Shown here: positions 37,627-52,600 of the stretch, piece after piece | Layout: each line of letters starts with the position of its first letter | Position numbering within the stretch: position 1 is the first letter of the stretch | Assembly: GCA_951406725.2 (NCBI GenBank) | Contig: OX597824.1 | Location: forward strand, 47,802,001 to 47,866,000 | Direction: 5' to 3' | Origin: Octopus vulgaris | Taxonomy: Eukaryota | DNA length: 64,000 bases | The notes under the pieces: generated by a model | The model's input: only the letters and a program-made list of their open reading frames with translations | Told to the model about the DNA's origin: nothing | Database searches by the model: none | Program-made: the position numbers and the translations under genes

Positions 37627-40600
37627 TGTATATCAAACCCAAGCAGTTTTAATTGTTTATGTGTAGGTGTATGTTTATAACTAAATTTTTTTTTCACGTG
37701 TTTTGGGTAAACTACAAGCAAGTACCAATGTTCTATTCACAGTATTTTTATGAAGACAAATACTCATTACAACAAACATGAAAATTTTAAAATCTAGCAC
37801 AAGAAAGCATTCTTCTTTAAGTGTTTACAACTGAGATGCATCTTGTGATGCTATGCCACAAATCTCTATCCCCAATTAGCTCAGTTACATGTGTGCGTCA
37901 ACCAATAACATCAATGTAGTTGAATGGCATTCTATTATAAAAGTATATCTGAACTATATTCCTCTTGCTATGGAATGAATCTTCAGTATATCTCAACTTG
38001 TCAGCAAAATGGTATTGAACCACTAGTTTCTAAACCATTTCCTCTCATCAGGTTCCGCTGAAGCCAACAGCTATACTGAACTTACAGTTAAATAAGAAAT
38101 GCTTCTTACCTTACAAGAAAGGAATCAGATAATTTTTTTAACAAACTGTGGTCTCTCAGCAGAACAGCAAGGTTACACAGCAAAGTTAAGCAATATCTAA
38201 CAGTGTTTGGTGCTTCAGAAACCTAATGCTCCAGGAAATTGGAATGTATTCTGCCAAGTTTCATTTCACATCAAGACAAGTACAGGTTTCAATCATAGAA
38301 GCATACTTTGGTGCACTAAGCTTATAGTCAGTAAATGAATAGAGATATCAGAGAAGTATCCAAAAGTTGGTGGTTCGTATCACGTTACTGGCCTAGGGTT
38401 CAGTCCACAACCAGAAACTTGATTAAGCAAATCAGTCAGTCAAATGTTAATTGGCGCCACAAGGTAGAAATAATACAGTGCAGTTAATAGTGGGAGACAA
38501 AGTTGATGTATATTTAGTTAGATTGCAATATTGAGTTTAACAAATGTAGGTTTAGCCTACAGAAATGAAAGGTTTTTTCCAAGTCAACATATTTTCAATA
38601 CAATATATTGAATTCAAATTTTGCAGAGGAGGTAAGTTGATTGCAGTGATTGCATTGACCCCAGTACTCAACTGGTACTTACTTTATTGCTCCTAAAAGG
38701 ATGAAAGGCAAAGTTGACCTTGGTAGAATTTGAACTTAGAACATGAAAACAGATGAAATACCACTAAGCATTTCACCCAGCATGCTAACAATTCTGCCAG
38801 CTTGCCACCTTATACACTATATTAAGAGGAAACCTTTACCAATAGCCCACAGACCCAACTAATTATGCAACTCACAACCACACACAGAAAAACTTTACAC
38901 ACACCCATGAATTTCAAGCAGACATGCCCATATAAATGTGTGTATGGGGAAGACAAACAACATTTCCAATTATGTAACATAAATGTTTACAAAGCATAAA
39001 CAAAACCTATCTAGCAATACAACAATACTGATGAACTATACAACAGCTTGGTTAAAAAAAAAAACAATCAAACAAAAGAACTGCAATGGCAAAACCTAAT
39101 ACAGGAGTACAACTTATTAATCACTCAGCTACTACCTTTGTTACTTCCATTTCAAGTTTGTGTTTTACGTCAGAGAATTCCTCTTCTTTCTGTAGATAAA
39201 ACACTTCATAGTCTTGTAATTTAGTAACAACAGCCTGCTTCTCTAGTTTGGTTGTCTTGAGTTCTTCTTTGATATTTTCCACCTGGAGAAAAAAATAACA
39301 GTTGAAATATTGAAAACAGTGTTGTGTTTTGTTTTCATACAGTATATTTACTATAGCCTACAGATTATTGGGTCAAAAATATACTGTAAAATCCACTTGA
39401 CAGGTAAAGTATATGACTAAGACATTTAACCTTCAACAACCCAGTACTTCTGACTACTAACAGAGAGTATAGATGACTGCTGTAGAAAGAGTAATGTCAG
39501 CACTGGACAACAGATGAATATTTTGTTGGTATCCAATACTTACCATATTTTCTGGGATATCTAACGTTGCATAAGACCTATTTACCAAATATATTTTGTG
39601 AAAAAAAAGCCAAAAGTCAAAAACAAATTTAGTATGTTTCATCACACACTTATTGAAAGATATTTCAAATTAGTTTTGTAAGGGGAATATATGATTTATA
39701 AGTTATGCAAGTTATAATTAGTTAAGAAGCTGGTAAAGGTGATATACTCCCATGGTTACAGTTCAATGACCGAAACTCAGTAAAAGAAGAAAAAAATTAC
39801 CTCAGCAGATATATTTTCATGCTTCTTTTTAAATATCGCTAACTCTTTGTGGGAAATCTGTAAGCGACTGGCCAAAGAAGTATTCATTTCTTCAGCCTTG
39901 GACAAAGTCTTGGTGTGATCTGTGATTAACTTTTGTTCTCTGCTATGGAAAAAAACTTCAGTGCTGCTGATCTTCTTTTTCAGCTGCTGGTACTCTTCTC
40001 TTGCTTCATTTATGATGCTATTTAGGTTCTTAATCTCTTCTCGATGGTTTTCCTAATGATAACATCAATATTGGTAATAATAAAGATGATAATACGAACT
40101 GAAACACTGCTTTTTTTTAATTTCCACTCAACCTTTCTTGCATGTTAACATGATACAACCAAGCCTCAATCTTCTCAACCACTGAAAACGATTTACATTC
40201 ACTGCACCAATTTCACCAGGAATCAAAAGGTTTTTTTTTTTGAAAAATCAAACAAATGAATCTTTTCTAAAGAGAGATGAATCAAATAAACTTACCTTGC
40301 TTGAAGCAAGATGTTTTTCAAGCTCAGCGTTGGCTTCCTTTTCAGTCAACAGTTGCTGTTTAATGCCTGCAACCTGATGTTCTTTCTCAGTCACAATTTT
40401 CTCATAGTTGCTTAAGTTAGCACACTGAGTCTCATTAAGTTTCTCCCACTTGGTTTGTGATAAAGTCAATTCTTCAGAATGGGAATCTTTACAAAAAAGA
40501 TAATATTTGTAATAAAGAAAGCATAACATGAAAGTCATTGTTAGTGAGTAAATGTTAAAAGCAATTATTCAAATTTAAGGAATCTAACTTTTCTTGTCTC

Positions 40601-43600
40601 AGTATATCTGTTTCACAATCAGTCCCCATTTATATTTCATATAAATACTTACTGCAGTATAGTGTAAGTGGCTGAGTATTCCACAGACAAAAAATGTAAT
40701 TATCAAGTAAGTTCAATATGATACTTTATGACAATGTTTGGCAATCTTGAATTACAGGTACAGTCCATAAGGTTTCTATACAATTTTTATCAACTCAATT
40801 TTACTCTCAAGGTTTGAGATGACAGTGCTCAATGCTGCTGGGATAAAGCCCGAAGAACCAGATGACTGTGAAACAAACTTGTTCATTTGTTCATGTCCAC
40901 TATTCTGTAGCCTTTAAGTACACTTTCCATCTATGAAAATAACTGCATCTTTAATTCCATATGTGAACTTGTATATTGGTTTCAAATTTTGGTACAAGGC
41001 CAGCAATTTCGATTACATTTACCCCAGTGCTCATCTACTACATATTTTATCAACCTCAAAAGGATGAAAGGCAATGTTGACTGGCAGAATTTGAACTCAG
41101 AATGTAAAGAAAGATGAAATGTTGCTAAGCATTATGTTTGGCATGCTAATGATTCTATCATTTCACTGCCTTATTCCATACCCAAATCTCGATATTATTC
41201 ATATATCTGACACAGTGGTACCACATATTCAAACATTATACACTGACAAGCCTTCAATTTTTCAACACACCACACTAAACCTTAGACCCATTAGTGAGAC
41301 ATGGTTCCTTTCTGCTACTATAATGAATATTTTAGAGTTAATAAATTTACTAACTCTAAAATATTCTTCACCTAAACACATTCAAAGTTTCCACTTCTCT
41401 TACCATATCTTCATCTTGTCAACATCAACAGGTATTATTATACAATACACTAAATGCTATCCTTCTACGCTTAGAAGCACACACTATTAAATTTTATTTC
41501 AGGTCCATGTTTTCCTTCAAAAACACTAACCTGTAAGATTTCAAAGCAGACACCAACCACAGTTGTCACTATATTCTTGTCTGAAAAGTTGTGAGAGGTA
41601 CATGCACACCTTCCATTCAGTGTAATTAATTAAAAAAGAAAGTGTAAATTTGATAGCCCAGACAACTAATACTAGGATGGAAATATCAATACAACAACTA
41701 GTATTATTCTGTCCTTCCTTAAAGAGTAGAAGGTATCATGGCCACTGCCAGCCTCCCCTGGCACGTAAAAAGCACCCACTACACTCACGGAGTGGTTGGC
41801 GTTAGGAAGGGCATCCAGCTGTAGAAACACTGCCAGATCAGACTGGAGCCTGGTGCAGCCTCCCGACTTCCCAGACCCCGGTTGAACTGTCTAACCCATG
41901 CTAGCACGGAAAACAGACATCAAACAATGATAATGATGGTAATATTAATATTAGCTGAACTAATATTAATATTACCATATTAATATTGTCTGAAGTTAGT
42001 TTTCATCCTGCTAAACTTCTTTTTTTAACCCTTTAATATTTAATCCAGCCATATCAGGCCCTAATATACTTTATATTCAAACTGACCAGATCTGGCCTCT
42101 CTCATCTGCACAACAATGTTATTCTAAAAATATACAAGCACATCATCAAAATCTTGAAGCAATGGGATAATGCATGAGTAATTCCAAACATTGTGAATAA
42201 ATAAGTATTATATTTCATAGAGTAATCTGAATGCTAAAGGGTTAAGAAGATATCACATTATTATGGTTACCTTTCAAGTTGTTTATCTGTTCCTCCAGTG
42301 ATTTACACTTGGTAATCTCATCTTCATAAGCACTTTGTATTTTTACCATTTCTTGTTTGTAAGTTTTCATTTCTTCATCTTTATCACTCAGATTTTGGCT
42401 CTGCTCTCTCTTCATTTCATTGTATTCCCGTTCAGCTTTTACTGTCATCTCTGCAATTTGTTCCTGAAGACATTCAATTTGCTTGTTTCGGCTTTCAATT
42501 TTCTTACACATTTCTGTGACCTTTTTCTCATATGTCTTTACTGATGTCTCATACTGTTCATTGACTTTGTCACAAGCAGCAACAACTAAATCATATTCAG
42601 CTCGTTGTTTAGAGAACTCTTTTTCCTTCTGACTTAGCCTAGCTTGGACATCTTCAAAATCAGATCTCACCACATAATTAGTTGCAATATTATCTTCAAA
42701 TTCAACCGCTTTTTTATCATTGGAAATCTTGTGTGTTTCATTAAGTGACTCAAGCTTCTCTTGATATAAAGTTTGTTGTTCTAGAAGGGCTGTAACATGC
42801 TTTTCTTGTTCACATTCAAATGTTTGTCGAGGTACAAAGTCAGTAGCTATTTTCTCTTCATAATTCAAAGTAACTTGAGCTAATTTTTCCTCATGTTCTA
42901 TCAACACTCTCTGTAATTTCTCTTCTTCTTCAACATATTTCTGTTCAAGTTCTGTATACTCTTTGGTCTCATCTTTTAGCTTAGCTTCAAACACTTCGTT
43001 TGAGATATAATTTTTGGAGATATTTTCCTGAAATTCTACCATTACTTTTTGCAAAGCTTCTTTATGTTCTTCATCCTGGGATTTTATTTTCCCTTCATAT
43101 TCTTCAAGTTTTTCTTTCATTTGTATAACTTCTTGGATATGCTTTTTATTTTGTTCATTAATCTCACCAACCGCAACATAATCAGAGGATAATTTTTTCT
43201 CAAAGTCCTCCGAGACAGATTTTAATTTCTTTTCATATTCTTCAATAAGGCAGTAACTCTTCTGGTTGTATTCATGATGTAGTGTTTCTTTAGCAGTTTC
43301 CAATTCCTTTGAATGTTCTTTTTCTTTTATTTCCATCAAAGACTTACACACATAATCACTGGTTATCTTATTCTCATATTCACTTGTAATAGAAGAGATT
43401 CTTTCATCATATTCCACTTTGAGATTTTCTTGCAATTTTCCAATTTCAGAAACGTGTTTCTGAGAGATTTCTGAGACCTTCTGTTGCATCTCTCCAACAA
43501 GAGAAGTAAGTTCATCAAGTTTAGCATCTTTCTCACTGATGGTGCCTGATTTTTCTTCTAACTCCTTTTTCAGTAAATTAGTCTCAGTTTCTTTCTCAGA

Positions 43601-46600
43601 AACGTTCTCTTTCAAGCTGGTAACAATTTGTGTCAGTTCATTATTTGAATTTAGATATTCCTGAACAAGTGAAGATTTCTCTGTTAAGACATCTGATAAT
43701 TCACAGATTCTCTTGTCCTTGTCACAAAGTTGTACATTGACTTGTTCCACTTCTTTAAGGGACTCCATATGTTTCTCCTCCATCAGTAATGTATAATGTT
43801 TGGTTAGTTCTTCAAAATCACCCTTAAATTTACTTTCTTGTTCAATGGCACTTTGTTTCACAGTTTCTAGTTCAGATTTTAAACCAGTTGCAATCTCTTT
43901 GGAATTTGCAGTTTCTTGTTCCAACTTTTCTAAAATGTTCTGTTTTTCTCTTGTAAGTTCCTCAATCTGTTCTGTTAGATCCTTCTTAATGGATGTATTT
44001 TCTTCCAACTGTGATTCTATAGTTTCATGTTTTGCCCTGATACAGTCAAGCTCTGTTTTAAAATATTGTTCTTTATCTAAGAGTTGATTTTCTAAGGCAG
44101 TTTTGGCTTCTTCCAATGACTGCTTGACAATTATATGCTCTTCAAGTGCTTTTTCTTGTTTAGCTAGTTTATCTTGCAATTCTCTGTGTTCACAGACATT
44201 GTTTTTAAATTGATTTTCCAAAGTTGCATAAGATTCCTCATGAACTTTTAACTGACTATCAAAGTTCTGCTTCATTTCCTCAAGATTTACTGACTGAGAA
44301 CTAAGCTGATTCTGTAAACATTCACGCTCATTCGAAGTTTCCTCAACACACTGATACACTTTCTGATGCAAGAAGCTGATCACATCATTAAGATCAGTGG
44401 GTAATTCTAGATCTTCTGTCAAAACATTGGGCTTAATGGCATGGAAAATTTTCTCAGAAAAGTTATGTAAAGAAGATTTTGATTCCTCCAACAGCAGGTG
44501 TTTCTTTTCAATTTGTTGATTCAAATTGATAATCTCTTGAGACAAAGCTTGCCGAGTACTTCCCAATTCATTTGAGTGTTTTTCTTCCATTTTTAGTTTC
44601 TCTGCCTGTATGTTGGTGAGTTTCTTTTCAAATTCAATACATTCAGTCTCTTTTAAAGTTAACTGACTCTGAGTTTTGGTACAGTTGTTATTTAGAATGT
44701 CATTTTGTTCTTGTAAGTCTTTATACAGATTTTGGAGTTGGCTTAACTGGTCCTGAAGAGACTCATTTTCATCCGATCTCTCTTTTATATCAGTTTTCAT
44801 ATCCTCAGTTTGATCCATTAATTCTTGAAGTTTATTATTCAATAGAGAATTCTCTTCTGATGACAACCGCAGCTGCTCTGACAACTTCTCCTGGACAACT
44901 TTACTTGTTTCTAAAATCTCACTGTTCTCTTGTAACAAAGTGTTTAGTTTGGCTTCAAAGTCCTCCTTTTCTGTGCTGTTCTTTTTCATCCAATGCTGAG
45001 ATTCACTAATAGCTTCAGCAAGTTTATTTTCGACATCTTGTATTTTTTCATGTAGCTGTGTCTTCTCATGATCACTTTTGCTAAGTTTATCATTCAGCTT
45101 CACTGTAGTTTGTTTTAGTCCCAGTATTGTTTCTTCCATAGCTTTTAATTCTGTTTGAAGTGTGATATTCTCTTGATTGCTTGTGCTCACATGGGATTCT
45201 AATTTTGTGATTTTGCGCTCTAATTCAAATTTTATTGTTTTATGTGATTCAATCTGAGAATCAAACTCCTTTGTCTTCTCACGGATTGTACTCTGTAAGC
45301 TATTTACTTCTTGTTCATATTTCTTAATATCAGTCTTTAAAATATCAACATTATCAGCAAGCTCTTTTGCAGCTTCCTCCCGTTGAGAGACCAATATTTT
45401 CTCAGCACTCTCACGGAGCCTTTGTTCAACACCAAGTTGACGTTCCAGCTCCTGCTTTTCAAGCAAACTATTTTCATTATCTGACATCAACTTTTGCTGT
45501 TCAGCAGAAAATTCTTCTTTTGCCGATTCCAGTTGAGTAGAAAGATTTTTTATCTCTTCTTCCAGTGCAGCCTTTTCAGAGAGAAATTTCTGTTGTAGAG
45601 ATTTTTTCTCACATTTCAAAGAATCCATAGACATAATCAGTGTCTGGCGCCTGTTTTCATTGCTCTTTGTATCAGATTCAACTTGCTACAAAAATAAAAA
45701 CCAGACAATAATATTTCAAGTTAACATTAAATAATAATTGACAGCTGTGACTAAGATACTGTATTACAGAGCAATAAGCTGAAGATCTCATATAATAAAC
45801 ACAATGTTTTTTCTGAAATAAGAAACACAACTGTTCAATTACACATTTGGAAAATTGTGATCACTTCAAGTACTTCATCCATCCATATTATAATTGTTTC
45901 TAATTAAGTCACAAGGCTAGCAATTTTGAGAGGAGGGGCTTAGTTGATACTATTGATCTAGAACATGACTAGTAACTTGTTTTATTGAGCCTGGAGGGAT
46001 GAAAGGCAAAGCTGACCTCAGTGGGATTTGAACATGGACTGTAAAGAGCCATAATGCCTCAAAGAATTTTTTTCACACTAGCCATTCTGTGAATTCACCA
46101 AGTTGATACATCCTTATAATAATGGTTTCCAATTTTGATATAAGGCCAACAATACTTGAGGTGGGGCTGAGTTGATTACATCGACCCCAGTGTTCAACTG
46201 GTCCTTATTTTATCAACCCCAGTGTTCAACTGGTCCTTATTTTATCGACCCCAGTGTTCAACTGGTCCTTATTTTATCGACCCCAGTGTTCAACTGGTCC
46301 TTATTTTATCAACCCCAGTGTTCAACTGGTCCTTATTTTATCGATCCATGCTCAACTGGTCCTTATTTTATCGACCCCAGTGTTCAACTGGTCCTTATTT
46401 TATCGACCCCAGTGCTCAACTGGTCCTTATTTTATCGACCCCAGTGCTCAACTGGTCCTTATTTTATCGACCCCAGTGTTCAACTGGTCCTTATTTTATC
46501 GACCCCAGTGTTCAACTGGTCCTTATTTTATCGACCCCAGTGTTCAACTGGTCCTTATTTTATCGACCCCAGTGTTCAACTGGTCCTTATTTTATCAACT

Positions 46601-49600
46601 CTGAAAGGCAAAGTTGATCCCAGCAGCATTTGAGCCTAGAACATAAAGATAGACAAAATGCCACTAAGTATTTTACCCAGTGTGGTAATGGTACTGCCTT
46701 CATACATCCTCATAATAATAACTTCAACAAGTCATACAAATACTTTTGGTGATCCACTGAATACATGCTAGCAGAGGATCGTGAGTGAGTGTTGAGAATA
46801 AGTTTTCTTGTTACCCTACACAAAAATGTAGGGAAATAAAATGAATATTTTTAAAGTACCCTAAACTTACCATATTTGTTAATTTCAGTTCAGTGCTTAC
46901 AGTAGAAAGCTCTTGTTGTATCTGAGCTACCTTTGCTTGCTGTTGTTGTAGTTCTGATTTGTATTTTGTTTCAGCCTGTTGCCAATTAGATTCCTTTGCA
47001 GAAAAACATTCAAGCTCTTCCTTCAGTTTTTCAATTGTATGCTGTTTATCCAAAATGTGGCGCTGATCATTATCCTGTTCAATTTTTAGCTTTTCAATCT
47101 GATTCTTCAGTATGTCGTTGTTGGAGTTCAGATTTAGAGATTCTTCATGTAATTCCAATAATTTGGACTAAAATATATGAAAATTATAACACACACTCAC
47201 TTGCATATAAAATACAATTAAATTTATATTTTGAATGATCAAAGAAAATGTCTATATTTTCTAAGACAACTATCAGCATCTTCATTATCATTTTAACATC
47301 TATTTTTCTATGCTTGCATGGGTTAGATGAAATTCATTGAATCACTTATTGGTTAAGGTAGTTGACTCACAATCGTAATGTTGTGAGTTCGATTCCTAGT
47401 GGCATGTTTTGTCCTTGAGCAAGACACATTATTTCATGTGGCTCCAGTCCACTCAGTTGGCAAAAATGAGTATTACATGTATTTCAAAGGGCCAGCCTTG
47501 TCACACTCTGTGTCACACTGAATCTCCCCAAGAACTATGTTAAGGGTATGCATGTCTGTGGAATGCTCAGTCGCTTGTACATTAATTTCACAAGCAGGCT
47601 GTTCTGTTCATCTGATCAGCTGGAACACTCATTGTCATAACTGGCAGAGTGCCAGATTACATTTTCTACAACTGGAAGCTCTTTCCATCACCAACCCTCA
47701 CATTTCCAAGTAACATAACATTTCCTCTAGTCCTTCAAACATCAAAAACCCAAAGCCATGATGGTTTACAACTAGTGTATGACATCAAGACAGGAAAACA
47801 CAAACACACACATATTGCGAGTTATAGCAATAGACACTTGCCCAAGGTATCATGCAGTGGGACTGAACCTGAAACCACGAGGTTCCAAAGTAAACTTTTT
47901 AACCATACAGCCACACCTGCACCTAAACCCAAATATACTTTGTTACATCTGACTCAATTGAAACACAAGTTCTTTTGTTTCTTGTGCCAAGAGCAAGTGC
48001 TTGCTATGTCAGATACAAGTGCTTGCTCCCAACAATCAATCTGCAGAGACACTTGAGATGTTATCCCTGATGATGTAGCAACTTCAGAAATTCTTAAATG
48101 CTAAGTGTAGTTTAGTTGCCTTTTGCTAAGTTTGTTTCATAGTTACTCATATATTTGATGGAGTTGCAAACCTGGGTCAAGCCTCCTTGAAAACTGGGCA
48201 TCTGGAAAGTTATCAGATACTTACAGTCTTCTACCAGTAGAGTAATGTAATTCGTAGAATATCAATCCTTGCATTCTAAGCAGCTACTGCTTTCAACTGT
48301 TGATTTGAAAAAGTTAACACCATCTAAACAAAGTTCATGCTACAGATTAATACAACTATATATGAGCCAACAAGGAAGCTTTCTATTTCGTAGCTTAACC
48401 TACAGAAAATAGCAGATAGATCCTACAGTCTTAAAAAAGGTGGGACATATTGAAACATCATAGAAAGATTGTTTCTCAATAGCAGACATATGTCTGCCTG
48501 ATTGTGGTAGACCTGAAGCTATATAACTGTACACATACTTCCAACAACAAACGCATTCAGAAAGTATCTTACTTCTAAGATGTCTCGTTCAGATGTGAGT
48601 TTTGAGAGATCAATTTTTAACTGCTCATGAATATCTGGAGCAATCCATGTTGTCTTGATATCGTCCAGTTCTGTCTTCAATTCAGTCATTAAATAGTCTG
48701 TTACAACACTCATATTTTCTCCAGCTGGTTGATTTTCTGAAAGAAAAAAAAAAGCTTATTAACTAACAGCCATCATCTACATTACTCCACAAACTTCTTG
48801 CTTTCTGTGCACCAAGATACTATCAAGTTGTAGGTGTGATGGTGTGGTAAGAAGCTGGCTTCCTAACCACATGGTTCTGGGTTCAGTCTCACTGTGCAGC
48901 ACCTTGGGCAAGTATCTTCTACTATAGCCTCAGGCTGACCAAAGCTTTGTGAGAGGATTTGGTAGAAGGAAACTGAAAGAAGCCTATCGTGTGTGTCTGT
49001 TCCTTATTACCACTTGACAACTGATGTTGGTGTGTTTACATCCCCATAACTTAATGGTTTGGCAAAAGAGACTGACAGATGAAGTACCAGGCTTTAAAGA
49101 AAGAAGATACTGGAGTCGAGTCATTTGGCCGCAATCTAATGACTGAAACAAGTAAAAGCTAAAATTATGAAATGATTAAATATTTTTATTCTAAATAAGA
49201 ACAAATTGTTTTATTGATTATTTGCAGATATCTTGTTCTGGAGAGTTTTACTATAATAATCCAGTAATTATTAAACAATCAGTATTATTTGATGAATATA
49301 TGAAGACATTTGGATTATGATTATTCTTCACTGTTATTTTTTCATATTTCTGCAATCATTCTCCTACGTTTCTTTGAGCTCAAACACAACAGGTTTCTTT
49401 CAGTTTCTGCCTACCAAATTTGGTAATTATGTGAATGAGTATTTTACCAATTGAACAGTCTTTATGGAGTTATAACATTTTCAATCACTGACCCAATGGT
49501 AGATATAAATCTACTTTCAGGGATTTATCTTTTACCTTTTACTCATTTCAGTTATTTGACTGTGCCCAGGCTGAATGGTTTTACTTGAACAAATCAAACC

Positions 49601-52600
49601 CAAGACTTATTATTTCGTTTTCAATCTATCAGTCTCTTTGGCAGAACCACTAAGCTACAGGGATGTAAACACACTAACACCTGTTGTGGGTGAACACACA
49701 CGCACACACACACATGATGAGCTTTTTTCAGTTTCTGCCAACCAAATCCACTCACAAGGCTTTGGGCAGCCTGAGGTTATAGTAGAAGACACTTGCCCAT
49801 GGTACCATGCAGTGGGACTGAACCCAAAACCATGTGGTTGGGAAGCAAACTTCTTACCACACTGCCAAACCAAATTTAATTTTACATAAAGCCATTTCAC
49901 AGAATTGTGTGTTTAGGTGGAGTTTGTGGCAGTTTCTTTTGACTGTCTGTCTGTCCCCTCTTAGATCATTTAGAAATAAAATTTATAATCACCTGACTGA
50001 AATGCAAGTGTTTCTTCATGATCTCTCTTCAATACTTCGTACATTTCTCTCAGTTTTGCCAAATTGTCTTCTGTAAAATTCTTGCTCTGAATTGTCTCAT
50101 CCAAGATTTTCTGCTTGTGATCCAAGTGCAATTGGAGATTAGAACTTTTCCTCTGTTCTAATTGTAGCTCCTTCAAGTTCTTAACTTGGTCTAACTGAGC
50201 CACCTTCAGTTGGGATTTCTGAAAGATGTGAGGTGACACAGTGACAGCACAACCATTTTCTAAACAGTGGGGCATTTATATAAATAATTACAAATATTGA
50301 TACATATAAATAGGCTAAGTCAACAGGTATCCCAATGTTGACTGCCTTATTCACTTTGCTTAAGGATGCAACTTTAATTAAAATTATCCTTGGGTATGAA
50401 CTCTACTTGTTCCACATCACTTAGCTAAGAATTAGCAAAATTAATTGCCAATTATCTTGTAATTAATTTATCCCACCTTATAAATACAATATCATGTGCT
50501 AACTAAAAAGTAACCAATGTGGAACATAGTTAATAATCAAAACATCAACTCAACTAACCATTAGATATTTTTTTACCAATTTTTACTTACTACTTCCTTC
50601 AGTTTCTTCAGTTCTTCATACACTTCAGCATTTTCATTCTTTAATGAAGTGTTTTCCAATTTTAATGATTTAAGTTCATCATGCTGACTTTTCACCCTAG
50701 AAAGAAAAATAGAATAAATATAAACAAATATACAACAACTTGCACTATGTTCTGTCTGTATCTTCTTATTTGTGAGGCACTGTTTACAAGTTCATTTCTC
50801 TGTATCCTTTGAAAGGCACAAAAATAGAATATTTCTAATTCACAAGATCAACTTCGATACCAGAAGTCTTGTATACCAAACACTCTGTTTCCACTTTCCT
50901 GCATGGATGTAAAATAGAAACCCCATACAAGTGGCACATACAATCTTTAGAGATTAGTGTTCCCTGAAGATCCTTTCAGTTACCCAGTAAGATAGGATTA
51001 CTCACAGAGAAATCCTCATTTGAACCAACACCAGAAGCACTTGAGAGAGGTTAGATATGAACTGTATATGTCTAACTCTTATCTTCCTTGTACGATATTC
51101 TATGCTCAGTAATACCATAGTCAGAAGCAAAGAAATGATGAAAAGAATTTTGAAGGGAAGTAACTTTAGTCCTTCCTAAATATAAGACATTATTGCTTGC
51201 CATTCCCTTTGGCAGTCTCATTGTTGGAGAGAGTGGAGATATAGTGGAGAAATACACAGGTCACTATCAAAAAAAGAGAGACATACTCAGAATTAGATCT
51301 GCAACTTCCAACTAAACATTTACATGTCCTACTTACAACTGGAGCTGTACATTAACACGTGAGATGTACGATCATCAAGGATTCAGAAATGAAGACAAAA
51401 ATGGTCAGCGTCAGATTCCACAAACAATAATCCTTTCTACTAAAGGCACAAGGCCTGCAGTTTTGTGCGGAGGGAACTAGTTAAGTACATCAATCCCAGT
51501 GTTTCACTGGGACTTAATTCATTGGCCCCGAAAGGATAAGTTGATCTCGGCAGAATATGAACTCAGAATGTAGTGACTGACAAAATGCTGTTAAGCATTT
51601 TGCTCACACTAACAATTCTGCCAGCTTACCACCTAAGACTCCATAAATAATAAGCAACAACACATGCAAAAGTGCAAGAGTGGACATAAAAAAAACAGTG
51701 AACATGATTTGATTTGTGCACACACACACACACGCAAGCAAATATTTTTTTTTCTTTGTGTCTTAAAATAGAATACTTGATCTTATGTGTATCAGTTTAC
51801 CTTGCTTTTCAATGAAGGAAATGTTGACAGTAAGACAACATATCAAAATAACTGAAATACAATATCTCACAAAAATTACAGAATAAATGCACCTGTGCTG
51901 GTGGCATGTAAAAAGCACCCAGCATACACTGTAAAGTAGTTGGCATTAGGACGGGTATCCAGCCATAGAAAACACGCCACAACAGACAATTGGAATCTGG
52001 ACAGTTCCTTGGCTGACCAGCTCCAGTCAAACTGTCCAACTCATGCCAGAATGGAAAATGGACACTAAATGCTGATGATGAACTCGGAATTCTAGCAGAT
52101 AAAAACAAAATTGAACACTTGAAGTTTTATAACAGACAAGTGATCTGTAAAGAATCAATAAGATACCAGATAGTGTGCTAGATGTAGATATAGATAAAAT
52201 TAACAATAATGGTTTCAAATTTAGGGGTTAGATCAATTACATCAACCCCAGTGTTCAACTGGTATTTATTTTATTCCCCACCCCTCAAAAAAAAAAAAAA
52301 AAATGAAAGGCTAAGTCAACCTCAGTGGCATTTTAACTCAGAACATAAAGATAGATGAAATCCCACTAAGCATTTTGGTATTGTAATGATTCTGCCAACT
52401 TGCCACCTTAATAATAATAATGGACTACAGAAAATATTGTTCAATACCACAGATTTGATTGTCAGTTGTTTGACCATAACCAGTTGAGTATGTCCCTTAG
52501 TGGCTGACAATATGTGCATCTCTGATCACAAGCAGTGGGGGAGCATCATAGACATGTGTTGAAAGGAATTCTTTGGGATTTGAATAATTCACCTCTGGAA

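Noticed and set aside
42242-45634. Stand-alone intronless 1130-aa gene as given by the ORF track
   Set aside because: The frame is open upstream to an acceptor at 45686 and has a donor at 42270; the stop is the TTAA of an intronic MITE
46180-46600. CRISPR-like array of 32-bp repeats
   Set aside because: Units are contiguous with no unique spacers, there are no cas genes, the context is eukaryotic and the unit derives from a SINE
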